Positions 18,009-26,894 of a stretch of 26,915 nucleotides of DNA are shown here, piece after piece. The position numbers and the translations under genes were made by a program. Origin of the DNA: a virus (lineage: Duplodnaviria; Caudoviricetes); the IMG/VR virus record IMGVR_UViG_3300049899_000297, positions 1 through 26,915 of that record; one strand, written 5' to 3'. Positions within the stretch are counted from its first letter, which is position 1. The number at the start of each line of letters is the position of its first letter. The notes below the pieces were generated by a model. It was not told the DNA's origin. It made no database searches and was given only the letters and a program-made list of their open reading frames with translations.

Positions 18009-18773
18009 TTAAATTAATTCTTCTTTCATTATCATTCTTTTTGGACTAAGATATTTTTGAGTTGTAATTAAATCATTATAAGACTTCGGTAATAAATATC
18101 CATTTAAAATCACACTAAATTCAGTTTTTACTAATCGTTCATTATCTGCCACTTCTGTAGCATCTGTAAAAGTCTCTATAATAGTTTTAAATTTCATTTT
18201 TCCGGGTTCTCCCCAATATGCTCCTGCACTAAAATTTATTTTTTCTATAAGTTTATTCATTTGATTCATAAAAGAAGTCCAAATAATAAAATCATAATTT
18301 AATATCATATAATCTGGAACTGCTACATTATAAAATTCGTTCTGTGGTATTAAATTTTGTTGAACAGTTAACTTATCATACCTATTCTTTTTGCTCCATT
18401 TAGTTCCAAATGTATAATGTAATTTAGGATCATTTGCATCCAATTTATCAACTGGAATACTTGTATTTTTTTCCATTCCAGTTCGTTGAAATACAATCAG
18501 TGGAGTCATTAATTGTCTTTTTTTATCTCTCAAATACCCTGTCTTTCTAATAGAATTCCATCTCTCTGGATTAGCATATAAGACAGGCACTTTAACTTGT
18601 TCTCCAGATTCCTCTACTGTTGGTTGTATTACATTATTAAAATAATACATAATAGCCGAATCCATATCCATAATCTCAACAGATATATTTTTTACATTAT
18701 CATCTCTTTTATATTCCCTACCTCTATTAATATCTTTCTTTTGTATTTTAGGTGTAGGTTTTTTTCTTGCCAT
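18009..18773 (-). CDS. T4 gp15-like tail terminator / sheath stabiliser, paralogue 2 (254 aa)
   Basis: KVPVLYANPERW, PLIVFQRT, VPDYMILNYDFIIWT, QMNKLIEKI, F..ILNGYLLP. ATG at 18773 preferred over TTG at 18776 on SD spacing. Confidence 0.75.
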   Translation of the reverse strand: MARKKPTPKIQKKDINRGREYKRDDNVKNISVEIMDMDSAIMYYFNNVIQPTVEESGEQVKVPVLYANPERWNSIRKTGYLRDKKRQLMTPLIVFQRTGMEKNTSIPVDKLDANDPKLHYTFGTKWSKKNRYDKLTVQQNLIPQNEFYNVAVPDYMILNYDFIIWTSFMNQMNKLIEKINFSAGAYWGEPGKMKFKTIIETFTDATEVADNERLVKTEFSVILNGYLLPKSYNDLITTQKYLSPKRMIMKEELI

Positions 18774-18782
18774 CAATTACTC

Positions 18783-19568
18783 CTAATTAAACGCATCGCC
18801 CAAATCTAATGTACCAGAATCATCTCTATTGGTTAAAGTTCCTAAATTTTCTACTGTCAATCCACCTTTAAGGTATAATGATCCTGTTATTTTATGTGTA
18901 TCATCAGCACTATCACCAAATATAGTTGAACCACGTACTTCAAGTCCTGTTGCTAAAGTTTTACCCACATATTGATAAACTGACATATAAAGATAATCAC
19001 TATTAGATGGGTCTACTGAAGAATTCATAAACTGTAATACTCCAGTTTTATAATCAAACTGATAATCATTAGTTGAAACTATATCATCTCCATCTAATGA
19101 ACCAGTCTGTAAACTATGACTAACTGCTGAAGATTTATATAAAGCTGCTAAATATCCAGGAGTTGTATCCTCAGTTGTAGAAGTTGCTAACGCAGATGTT
19201 GAATATTTTGGTGATATAAAATTTGTTTGTTGGTTAGAATCAATCAACTGTGCACCAATTCCACTATCGCTTCCCGATGGATTCAAGAAAAACCAAACCT
19301 CATTATTAGTATTTGATTTTGTTAATTTTTGTCTATACCAATACTTCATTACACTTGATCCAGAAACAGTATGTGTTGCACTAATTTGAGAACTTCCACT
19401 AAAAGGTAATCCCGAAGATGGTAAATATCCTGCTTCAGTATAAATCTCAGATGCTTGTAAATCAAGTACATTTGTAAATGCTTCTTGTGCAGCGGTAAGA
19501 GTATCGTGAGTATATCTTCTCGACGCTAATAATCTACTTGATTTTGACCCTGAATCTAAAGTTGCCAT
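18783..19568 (-). CDS. Putative virion structural protein (261 aa)
   Basis: Ser/Thr-rich, with DYQFDYKTGVLQF, FGDSADDTHKITGSL and C-terminal LDLGDAFN. Confidence 0.75.
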   Translation of the reverse strand: MATLDSGSKSSRLLASRRYTHDTLTAAQEAFTNVLDLQASEIYTEAGYLPSSGLPFSGSSQISATHTVSGSSVMKYWYRQKLTKSNTNNEVWFFLNPSGSDSGIGAQLIDSNQQTNFISPKYSTSALATSTTEDTTPGYLAALYKSSAVSHSLQTGSLDGDDIVSTNDYQFDYKTGVLQFMNSSVDPSNSDYLYMSVYQYVGKTLATGLEVRGSTIFGDSADDTHKITGSLYLKGGLTVENLGTLTNRDDSGTLDLGDAFN

Positions 19569-19577
19569 TTCTTATTC

Positions 19578-21941
19578 CTAACTATAACTTAATGTTATTG
19601 AAGTTACAGGAGATGGATCTCCCTTATATCTAATTATCACATAAAGTTCATTATCACTTGCATCTAAATACATTCCGTCTGCATTTCTTATTGGTATTGT
19701 ATATTCTGTGCTACTCAAACTTCCACCACTATTTCCATACAAACTAATTGATGTAGTGAATGGATTTTTAAAATTATCTGATGCCATATCTGCTTCAATC
19801 AAGTTATTTGTTAATTTTGTTGGGTCATATATTCTTGCAACACCTAAAGAAGCATTATTACCACTACCGTTTCCTGAACTTTCAAATAATATTGCCGCCG
19901 CTACACTATCTGCTGTAGTTGCTGCCCAATTAACTAATGTCTTACCCACATCAAGAGTCATACTTGAATATGTACTTCCAGGTGTTTGAAATCTTCTGAT
20001 ATAATATTTGTATGCTCCACTACCAAAATCCTCTGCAAACCAATATCTATAAGTTCCACCTGGCTCTACCAAATATCCTGGTTTTACCTGTAAATCATAA
20101 TTACCTAATACACTATTCCCCGCATCATTAGTTTGAAAACTATCTGTTGTAAAATATGCTCCATTAAATGAAGTTACATTATCTGCTATTACTATTCTAA
20201 AATCTTCACCTGTAAATGTTTCAGTCAAATCTTGTAAGGTATTTGAATCATATCCTTGTGCTCTACCATATACTCCTAAACTACCACTAGCTGCTAGTTG
20301 ACTAAAATCTCCTGCAGTATGATATGAAATAGTTTGAGTATCTAATGTGGATTGTGTACTATCTCTATTTCTTGCTTTTGTAGCTACTGTAAAAGATGAA
20401 TCCCCTAGTCCTGTTTGATTTATATTTTCATTATTTCCACTATCAAAACTAACTGAAGCAGTAACTATAGCAATATCATTATATCTTGGAACACCACTAT
20501 CTACAGCAGTAGTTCCATCACTTTGGAATAATTTACCACTTGTTTGTACCGTTCCACCATTTGTGGAAATTACATCTCCACTTATTGAAACACTACCTGC
20601 GCCGACTGAAGCTGCTGACATATCTACTAATGTAGTTGATGCGGCATACATTGGATTAAACAATCCTGTAATCTTTGTAGATACTTCATACGTTGTATCT
20701 AATAAATATGGAGCTCCACTTAAACTTCTTGATGTAGCAGTTAATGCTTTCTGTGCTGTACCCACATCTGCTAAAGTATTAGTTCCAATATCACTATCTA
20801 TTTGATCAATCGGAGCCCAAAAATTATTTTTTGTAGTTCCATTAACTTCTTGATACGTTGTACTTGACCCACTTGCTATTCCAACTACCAAATCATGAAA
20901 TCTATAATATCCACTCGCAGATACAGAAGTCCAATCAGCATTAGAAGCATGATATTTTCTTGTCAATGAACCACTTAACAAAGTCCCACCTACATCTGCA
21001 AACTTACCATCTTGATATGCTGATGGTATAACTGCTGGTTGTGTTGTTACCAACTTAGTTATATTTAATCCATTTGATGTTCCAAATGAACTTAATGTTA
21101 AATCTAACCTTGATTGTGTAGTATAAGTATTAGAACTTTCATCTGGTGCTGCTATACTACCAGAATCACTAAATGAGTGTGTAGCATGTGCCCTAAGTTT
21201 AAAATTAGCAGCCGCTCCACTTGATAATCCACCCAATCCAAATAATTCTGTATCATTAGAAGAACTAATTGCAGTGGACCCACCAGAATTTGAATCAAAA
21301 TCTATATAATAACTTGGCCCATTATCATGATATACTGAAATACCACTAAAAATTGTTGAACCTACACTAGCCCAATCTCTTGATACTAAATAATTTAATG
21401 TTGCGTTACTTAATGAAGTATAATTTGTAGGTACATATCCACCAATTGAATCTACAAGTCCCAAACTATTTTCATTTGTATCTACACTTGCAAATGTTTT
21501 AGTATTTGGTGCCGCATCTGCTACATCTAATGATGAACTTAATACTCCTGACATAAATCTTAAAATTTCACTTACATGAGTTGTATTATCAAAATTATTA
21601 AAATAACTTCCCTCTAAACTTGTACCCCATGCATTAGAAGTTGGATATCCATTAGTTATATTATTTGATGTAATTGCAGTTGATGCTGATGCCACCGCAT
21701 TAACTTTTAATGAACCAGTAACTTGTAAATCATTTGTAGTAGAATACGCCGATCCAGTTGTATTAAAAATTCCTAACTCACCGGTTATACCAGCAGTCGG
21801 AATATTAGTTATAGAACTTCCATCTCCCGCAAATTTGGAAGCACTAATTGTTCCTACTCCTCCAGTAGCAATTAATGAACCAGATAAGGTAAAAGAACCT
21901 GTAAGTTTAGGATTTAACTGTCGGCTGTGTATAAGTGCCAT
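19578..21941 (-). CDS. Large Ser/Thr/Gly-rich virion structural protein (787 aa)
   Basis: Fibre-like N-terminus (SASKFAGDGSSITN, TTNDLQVTGSL) followed by an apparently beta-rich body. Family not recognised. Confidence 0.75.
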   Translation of the reverse strand: MALIHSRQLNPKLTGSFTLSGSLIATGGVGTISASKFAGDGSSITNIPTAGITGELGIFNTTGSAYSTTNDLQVTGSLKVNAVASASTAITSNNITNGYPTSNAWGTSLEGSYFNNFDNTTHVSEILRFMSGVLSSSLDVADAAPNTKTFASVDTNENSLGLVDSIGGYVPTNYTSLSNATLNYLVSRDWASVGSTIFSGISVYHDNGPSYYIDFDSNSGGSTAISSSNDTELFGLGGLSSGAAANFKLRAHATHSFSDSGSIAAPDESSNTYTTQSRLDLTLSSFGTSNGLNITKLVTTQPAVIPSAYQDGKFADVGGTLLSGSLTRKYHASNADWTSVSASGYYRFHDLVVGIASGSSTTYQEVNGTTKNNFWAPIDQIDSDIGTNTLADVGTAQKALTATSRSLSGAPYLLDTTYEVSTKITGLFNPMYAASTTLVDMSAASVGAGSVSISGDVISTNGGTVQTSGKLFQSDGTTAVDSGVPRYNDIAIVTASVSFDSGNNENINQTGLGDSSFTVATKARNRDSTQSTLDTQTISYHTAGDFSQLAASGSLGVYGRAQGYDSNTLQDLTETFTGEDFRIVIADNVTSFNGAYFTTDSFQTNDAGNSVLGNYDLQVKPGYLVEPGGTYRYWFAEDFGSGAYKYYIRRFQTPGSTYSSMTLDVGKTLVNWAATTADSVAAAILFESSGNGSGNNASLGVARIYDPTKLTNNLIEADMASDNFKNPFTTSISLYGNSGGSLSSTEYTIPIRNADGMYLDASDNELYVIIRYKGDPSPVTSITLSYS

Positions 21942-22194
21942 TCTCTTCTCGTTTTAAATTTTCCCAATAAATTTTCATACTTTTAGAAATACGTTTTTTA
22001 TGCATATTGGTCTTAGGTTGTTTCAATTTCTCAATAGTATCCATTGAAACTTTTCTGTCCATTTGAGCGCAAGATTTGCATACAGTATTATTTCCAACTG
22101 CTCTATCAAAAGTATCTTTTCTTGTATAGGTTATCATCCTATTACAATCAGGACACCTTCTATTTTTTCTATTTTTCCAATGACGTTTTCTCAT
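21907..22194 (-). CDS. Basic Zn-finger (CxxC...CxxC) plus NUMOD3-like DNA-binding protein with no nuclease domain (95 aa)
   Basis: RRCPDC...CKSC and KTNMHKKRISKSMK; strongly Lys/Arg-rich. Overlaps the start of the 787-aa gene by 35 nt. Confidence 0.7.
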   Translation of the reverse strand: MRKRHWKNRKNRRCPDCNRMITYTRKDTFDRAVGNNTVCKSCAQMDRKVSMDTIEKLKQPKTNMHKKRISKSMKIYWENLKREENGTYTQPTVKS

Positions 22195-22201
22195 ATCAAT
22201 T

Positions 22202-22209
22202 ATAAATAT
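22202..22209 (-). promoter_or_regulatory. Candidate late promoter motif ATATTTAT
   Basis: Only 7 nt before the ATG of the Zn-finger gene, with no SD in between. Confidence 0.5.
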
Positions 22210-22216
22210 CTAAAAG

Positions 22217-22235
22217 TAGTAAAAGAAAAGTGGAA
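22217..22235. repeat. 19-bp intergenic site TAGTAAAAGAAAAGTGGAA (copy 2, inverted)
   Basis: Exact reverse complement of 14561-14579. Confidence 0.8.
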
Positions 22236-22251
22236 GTTAAAAATTAATGTA

Positions 22252-23253
22252 TTACGAATCAAATTTTCCGTGAGCAATAATCTCATCATCAGATTCTAAT
22301 ACATAACCTATTGAAGAAGTATTAACCTTTAAAAGAAAATTACTACCATTTTGTTGTATTTCTAACGCATCATGTTCCATATATTGTCCATTTAAGAAAA
22401 ATACAAAATCATTTTCACCTACCGATGTTAATCCACTTGGTGCAGATGCCATCGTAGCAGTAAAACTTGCTGTCTCATATCCAGATATATCATTTAAACT
22501 TACAGCTCCACTAAAAGACGCAGCTTTCTTTACATAAGATTTTCTTAAAAATTCATTTCTATGGTCTACATAAAGTTTTGAAGTAGCTGATGTATTTAAA
22601 CTTGCAGTAGCTGGTAAACCCAATACCTCACCATCACCACTAAAAGTAAGATTACCCGCACTTGCCATTGTAGAGGTTGCTAATGAGGTAATTGTTTTGT
22701 TGGTTAATGTATCGGTTGTAGAAACACCAACTATATTGATATTACTACCAGCGGCATTATCTATAGCCCATCTTGTTTCACTATGATCAAATACTAATTG
22801 TGCATTTGTTCCACCACTTCTACCAACTCTTAATCCAGCGTCTGCAGAACTTAATGCAGTAGAACCTGTAAAATTTAAATCTATAATTGGATCTTCTACT
22901 TGCATTGTAGCAACATTTGCTACACTTTGACTACCCTCTACAATTAAATCGCCATAAATTTTCAATGATCCAGTCATATAACCCGCTGGATTTAAAGTCA
23001 TTATTAACTGACTACCATAACTTCCAGAAGTATATATATTACCACCAGTATCATCATATAAATAATAATTTGCACCTTGTACAATCCCTGTAAGACCTGC
23101 ATCTAGAGAACCAGTTCCTAAATCATCTTGAGTAAAGTCATCCCAAATTACATCATATAATCCCGTAGCTGGGTTTATAGCACTACCAACTCTCAAAACT
23201 TGTTTTGCAATTGTTGAAGCTTGTGCTTGTCTTGTTAAATCAATTAATGCCAT
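22252..23253 (-). CDS. Fibre-like virion protein (333 aa)
   Basis: IYGDLIVEG, VEDPIIDLN, AGLRVGR, DTLTNKT, ATSKLYVD. C-terminal domain FFLNGQ...LESDDEI. Confidence 0.8.
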   Translation of the reverse strand: MALIDLTRQAQASTIAKQVLRVGSAINPATGLYDVIWDDFTQDDLGTGSLDAGLTGIVQGANYYLYDDTGGNIYTSGSYGSQLIMTLNPAGYMTGSLKIYGDLIVEGSQSVANVATMQVEDPIIDLNFTGSTALSSADAGLRVGRSGGTNAQLVFDHSETRWAIDNAAGSNINIVGVSTTDTLTNKTITSLATSTMASAGNLTFSGDGEVLGLPATASLNTSATSKLYVDHRNEFLRKSYVKKAASFSGAVSLNDISGYETASFTATMASAPSGLTSVGENDFVFFLNGQYMEHDALEIQQNGSNFLLKVNTSSIGYVLESDDEIIAHGKFDS

Positions 23254-23256
23254 AAT

Positions 23257-23790
23257 TTAATCCAAATCTATTGGTTGTATTTTATATCTAAAAATAATTT
23301 GATCTCCACTTTTTAAAGTTATACCCTTAATAGTCCCCGCTACTCCACTGGTGTCATTAGTTTTTTTTCTAAGCCTTACTTTTTTATAATTATCAGCAAA
23401 ATAAAAGTCTGTGCCTATTGCAGTTGTCCATGGCGGTTTACTAATTTGTTGAATTTGGTTAACTGAAAACTTGAAAGAACTAGGTCTAGGTTGATATTTC
23501 GAAACAGAATGTAATACACTCAAATCAAACTCCTGATAATCTGAAGTAGATGTAGATATATCAGTAAATCCTAATTCCCTTACTCTTACCCTACTAAAAT
23601 CTCGCATCGCCCCCAAAGACAAAATATCATATTTAATAGTTGGAGCTCCGTCTAAATTATTCATTCTATAAGGTAAATTTGAACCTGACTCATCAGTAAA
23701 TTCAATTTTATCAGCATTAAATATTGATTCGCTTACTGGTGAAACAAATTTCCTTAAATTTCCCTTATATCCTTCTAATTGTGTTATCAT
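23257..23790 (-). CDS. Putative virion structural protein (177 aa)
   Basis: ATGA overlap with the upstream gene. C-terminal FSVNQ...DFYF...LKSGDQIIFRY resembles the C-termini of its neighbours. Confidence 0.72.
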   Translation of the reverse strand: MITQLEGYKGNLRKFVSPVSESIFNADKIEFTDESGSNLPYRMNNLDGAPTIKYDILSLGAMRDFSRVRVRELGFTDISTSTSDYQEFDLSVLHSVSKYQPRPSSFKFSVNQIQQISKPPWTTAIGTDFYFADNYKKVRLRKKTNDTSGVAGTIKGITLKSGDQIIFRYKIQPIDLD

Positions 23791-25160
23791 ACTATTATCA
23801 AACTATAGTTTATTGTAATATTATCATTCTCATCTAAATCAATACCCTGCACTGTATTTGCGATACTATGTTTTTTATTTATACTAATAAATCCAGCACT
23901 TGATGAAGACATAAAAAAATCTCTGGAACTTGAAGTATCCTCTTGATTAGCTGGACTAGTTAAAATTTGACCATTTATACCAACTGAAACAGACCCATTT
24001 CTTATTTTATGTCCTGTAGGTACCGATATAGTATAATTTTGTCTATCTGGTGTCGGCGCAGTATCTAATGATGAGGATTGTGACCCAGACAAATATGAAA
24101 AGTTTTCCAAAAACGAAGCACTTACATATCCAAGAGTCAAAACAGCTTTAGTATCTTCTGAACTAGTAGGCTCTCCACCATATCTCATTATATATCTAGT
24201 ATCTCCACCAAAAATATTAGTAAATTGTAAATCTTGTATTTCTTGACCTGATGAAGGTGACACTCCTCTAATAAAATCTGTTGCGCCCGCCAGTCCACTT
24301 GGTAAATTCGATCCCAATGATGTTCCTAAAATCCTAACTGTTTCTGTTTTAGTATCTGGTCTATACATTGTAGAAAAACTTCCATCTGTTTCATCAAAAA
24401 TATCTATTCTTGATGGACTAAAATATTTTGTAGTAGTAACATAATCATTAAATGATTCTGGAACCAAATATCCCCTAAAACTAAAAGAAAAGGTAGTTTT
24501 AATAAGACGCTCATTATCCGCCATCTCTGTATTGTTTTCAAAACTATCTATATTTACTTTAAATTTAAATTTTCCAGGTTCTCCCCAATATGCACCATCA
24601 GAATAATTAATTTTTTCAACTATCGCATTCATTTGTTCAATAAACGGTGTCCAAATTATACATTCGTATGTCATTGTCATATAATCTGGCATTGCTACAG
24701 TATAATATTCTTTAGATTTTAACAATCCTTTTTGAACATTAAACTTATCATACCTATTTTTACTTGTATATTTTCTTTCAAAAGTATAAAATAACTTTGG
24801 ATCATTGGCATCTAACTTATCTATAGGTAAGGATTCATCTTTTTGTATTGACGACCTTCTAAAAACAATCAAAGGAGTAATTAATTGTCTTTTACTATCC
24901 CTCAAATGACCAGATTTACGAATAGATTGCCATCTTTCAGGATTTGCATATAAAACTGGTACCTTCACAACTTCCCCAGCTTCCATAATTGTAGGTTGTA
25001 TCACATTAGTAAAATAATACATAATAGCCGCATCATGATCCATCAATGTAACTTCTACATTTTTTACATTATCACCACGCTTTTTGGCAAGTCCACGACT
25101 CATCGGGGGAGTAGTAAAGCTTTGTCTAATATTTCTTGGTATAGGTTTTGATCTAGCCAC
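23787..25160 (-). CDS. T4 gp15-like tail terminator, paralogue 1, with ~200-aa C-terminal extension (457 aa)
   Basis: First ~255 aa are clearly paralogous to 18009-18773 (KVPVLYANPERW, PIDKLDANDPKL, GAYWGEPGK). GTG start in a TAGTG overlap. Confidence 0.75.
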   Translation of the reverse strand: MARSKPIPRNIRQSFTTPPMSRGLAKKRGDNVKNVEVTLMDHDAAIMYYFTNVIQPTIMEAGEVVKVPVLYANPERWQSIRKSGHLRDSKRQLITPLIVFRRSSIQKDESLPIDKLDANDPKLFYTFERKYTSKNRYDKFNVQKGLLKSKEYYTVAMPDYMTMTYECIIWTPFIEQMNAIVEKINYSDGAYWGEPGKFKFKVNIDSFENNTEMADNERLIKTTFSFSFRGYLVPESFNDYVTTTKYFSPSRIDIFDETDGSFSTMYRPDTKTETVRILGTSLGSNLPSGLAGATDFIRGVSPSSGQEIQDLQFTNIFGGDTRYIMRYGGEPTSSEDTKAVLTLGYVSASFLENFSYLSGSQSSSLDTAPTPDRQNYTISVPTGHKIRNGSVSVGINGQILTSPANQEDTSSSRDFFMSSSSAGFISINKKHSIANTVQGIDLDENDNITINYSLIIV

Positions 25161-25645
25161 TAAATACCCCTTTGCCTTTCAATTTGTAAATTAGAACGTC
25201 TTATTAAGAATGAATTACATACAATAGACCAATTACTATCAACTTGCCCACCAACAAGTTGATTCTCATTCATAGTTCCGACTTCAAAATGTGCATAATT
25301 CCAATCGAAGATATCACCTGGTTCAATAACTAAACTCAATTCTGTAAGATATTCTCTTTCAAACCAAAATTGAGCAGTTTGTCTTAAATCAACTCCAAAT
25401 TCTTCTGTATTAAAATCAAAGTCGTCCGCTTGTATTAAGCAAGGTAATTTAACACCATCTAAATATGTTTTACCAGCAGACGCTTCACCATACAGATTTG
25501 TCATAGTATCTGCTGCTGATATTCTATATAATACACAAGTTTGATTGATAATTCCATCTTTTTCATTTTTTAAATTACCAACCAATTCGCGATTTATAGA
25601 ACTAAAAAAATTTCTATCTGTTTGACTTAAAAAACGACTTGGCAT
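25160..25645 (-). CDS. Head closure / neck protein (T4 gp14-like, 161 aa)
   Basis: NLYGEA, FGVD, IEPGDIFDW..AHFEV motifs. Located between the gp13-like and gp15-like genes. Confidence 0.7.
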   Translation of the reverse strand: MPSRFLSQTDRNFFSSINRELVGNLKNEKDGIINQTCVLYRISAADTMTNLYGEASAGKTYLDGVKLPCLIQADDFDFNTEEFGVDLRQTAQFWFEREYLTELSLVIEPGDIFDWNYAHFEVGTMNENQLVGGQVDSNWSIVCNSFLIRRSNLQIERQRGI

Positions 25646-25654
25646 ATTTTAATC

Positions 25655-26830
25655 CTATTTTACATAAATTGGCAAAGGTACTTTTTGCAATTTTTCTAGT
25701 AACATATCTGATTCATCTTTATCTCTTTCCATCAATGATCTACGAGTTGAGTCCTCTAACATTTCACGCAACTGAGTAATTAAAATTTCTTTTTCTGTAG
25801 ATGCTTCACTTCGTAATGAATCTCCATCTAAAGTAGTTTCAGAATTTGGAATTGGAATACTAGTATATTTACCTCTAATTGCTCCTAACAGTTCTTTAGC
25901 TAATGCTAATCCATACTTTCTAATCCATTGTTTTCCAACATCATTAATTTGACTATATACCATATTATTATATGGCACATTAGAAAAATCTGATATAGAG
26001 GCCAATGAAGATCCACCGTGATCAGAGCTAGTTGAATCGTCCTTTTCACTTGTTAGATAATATTCAAACCATATTTTAAAATTAGTTCCTGGAGCTGGAA
26101 ATATTCTCACTCTATTATTCACCAAATGAAATGAATATGCTGATTTTCTAATTTGATCATTCATTTCAATAGCCTGCAATCTTAATAAATCTTCAAATAT
26201 AGGCATTAATGTGAAGGTTACTGCAGGTGACATTCCTCCAAATCCGAATCCTTCTATCATTTTATGAGTTCCATATCCAGTAGTTGCATATGGGTCAAAA
26301 TATCTTTGAATTGCTGGAGTTGGTCCATGAAAAAGTCGTCTAACTTCTATAGCTTTACCACTTTCTGATATATTTGCCCATAATGCATTTAAATCATAAA
26401 CTTGTGAACCACTATCAACATTAATAGAACCACTTCTTAAAGTTACATTACCACCAACAGGGGTAGTAGCTTCTGTCCCATATCTATTAGATAATTTAAC
26501 CGTTCTACCAAGTGTAGGCGTAACATTTCTATGTGTCAAATTTGACCCAGTAGATTGTCCTTGTAAATTAAACAAATTATCTTTAATATTAAATTGATTT
26601 ACTTGAGCTGAATATTCTGTAACAGATTCTTCGTAAACCGCATAAAACGAGCCAGATTGCATTTCGACATCCATAATTGGGTATCCTAATCTTTTAGCAC
26701 ACCAATCTGAAAATCTATCAACCGAATTAATTCCAGTTCCAGAAAATTGAGTATCATTATCGTAAATCCCAAACGGAGTTTGAGATGCTGAAAATGAACT
26801 ACTTCCTGGCCATATTGCTGTTTGTGGCAT
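25655..26830 (-). CDS. Neck / head-tail adaptor protein (T4 gp13-like, 391 aa)
   Basis: CAKRLGYPIMDVEM and WIRKYGLALAKELLGAIRGKY..IP....TLDG..L..EA..E motifs. AGGAG SD. Confidence 0.82.
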   Translation of the reverse strand: MPQTAIWPGSSSFSASQTPFGIYDNDTQFSGTGINSVDRFSDWCAKRLGYPIMDVEMQSGSFYAVYEESVTEYSAQVNQFNIKDNLFNLQGQSTGSNLTHRNVTPTLGRTVKLSNRYGTEATTPVGGNVTLRSGSINVDSGSQVYDLNALWANISESGKAIEVRRLFHGPTPAIQRYFDPYATTGYGTHKMIEGFGFGGMSPAVTFTLMPIFEDLLRLQAIEMNDQIRKSAYSFHLVNNRVRIFPAPGTNFKIWFEYYLTSEKDDSTSSDHGGSSLASISDFSNVPYNNMVYSQINDVGKQWIRKYGLALAKELLGAIRGKYTSIPIPNSETTLDGDSLRSEASTEKEILITQLREMLEDSTRRSLMERDKDESDMLLEKLQKVPLPIYVK

Positions 26831-26844
26831 TATAATCTCCTAAA

Positions 26845-26872
26845 ATAAATATATTTCTTCATCTATAAATAT
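26845..26872 (-). promoter_or_regulatory. Two candidate late promoter motifs ATATTTAT (26845-26852, 26865-26872)
   Basis: Upstream of the neck gene. A further near-copy lies at 26882-26890. Confidence 0.55.
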
Positions 26873-26894
26873 AACACCCCCTATAAATAGGCAT

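Noticed and set aside
317-22299. Many plus-strand ORFs (e.g. 1199-1753, 2604-3128, 8981-9685, 9875-10786, 12569-12955)
   Set aside because: They are antisense shadows of Thr/Ala/Gly/Ser-rich minus-strand genes, overlap them almost entirely, and show no SD sites or recognisable motifs.
91-26830. Stop-codon reassignment
   Set aside because: TAA, TAG and TGA all end genes at sensible boundaries, and coding density is near complete under the standard code.
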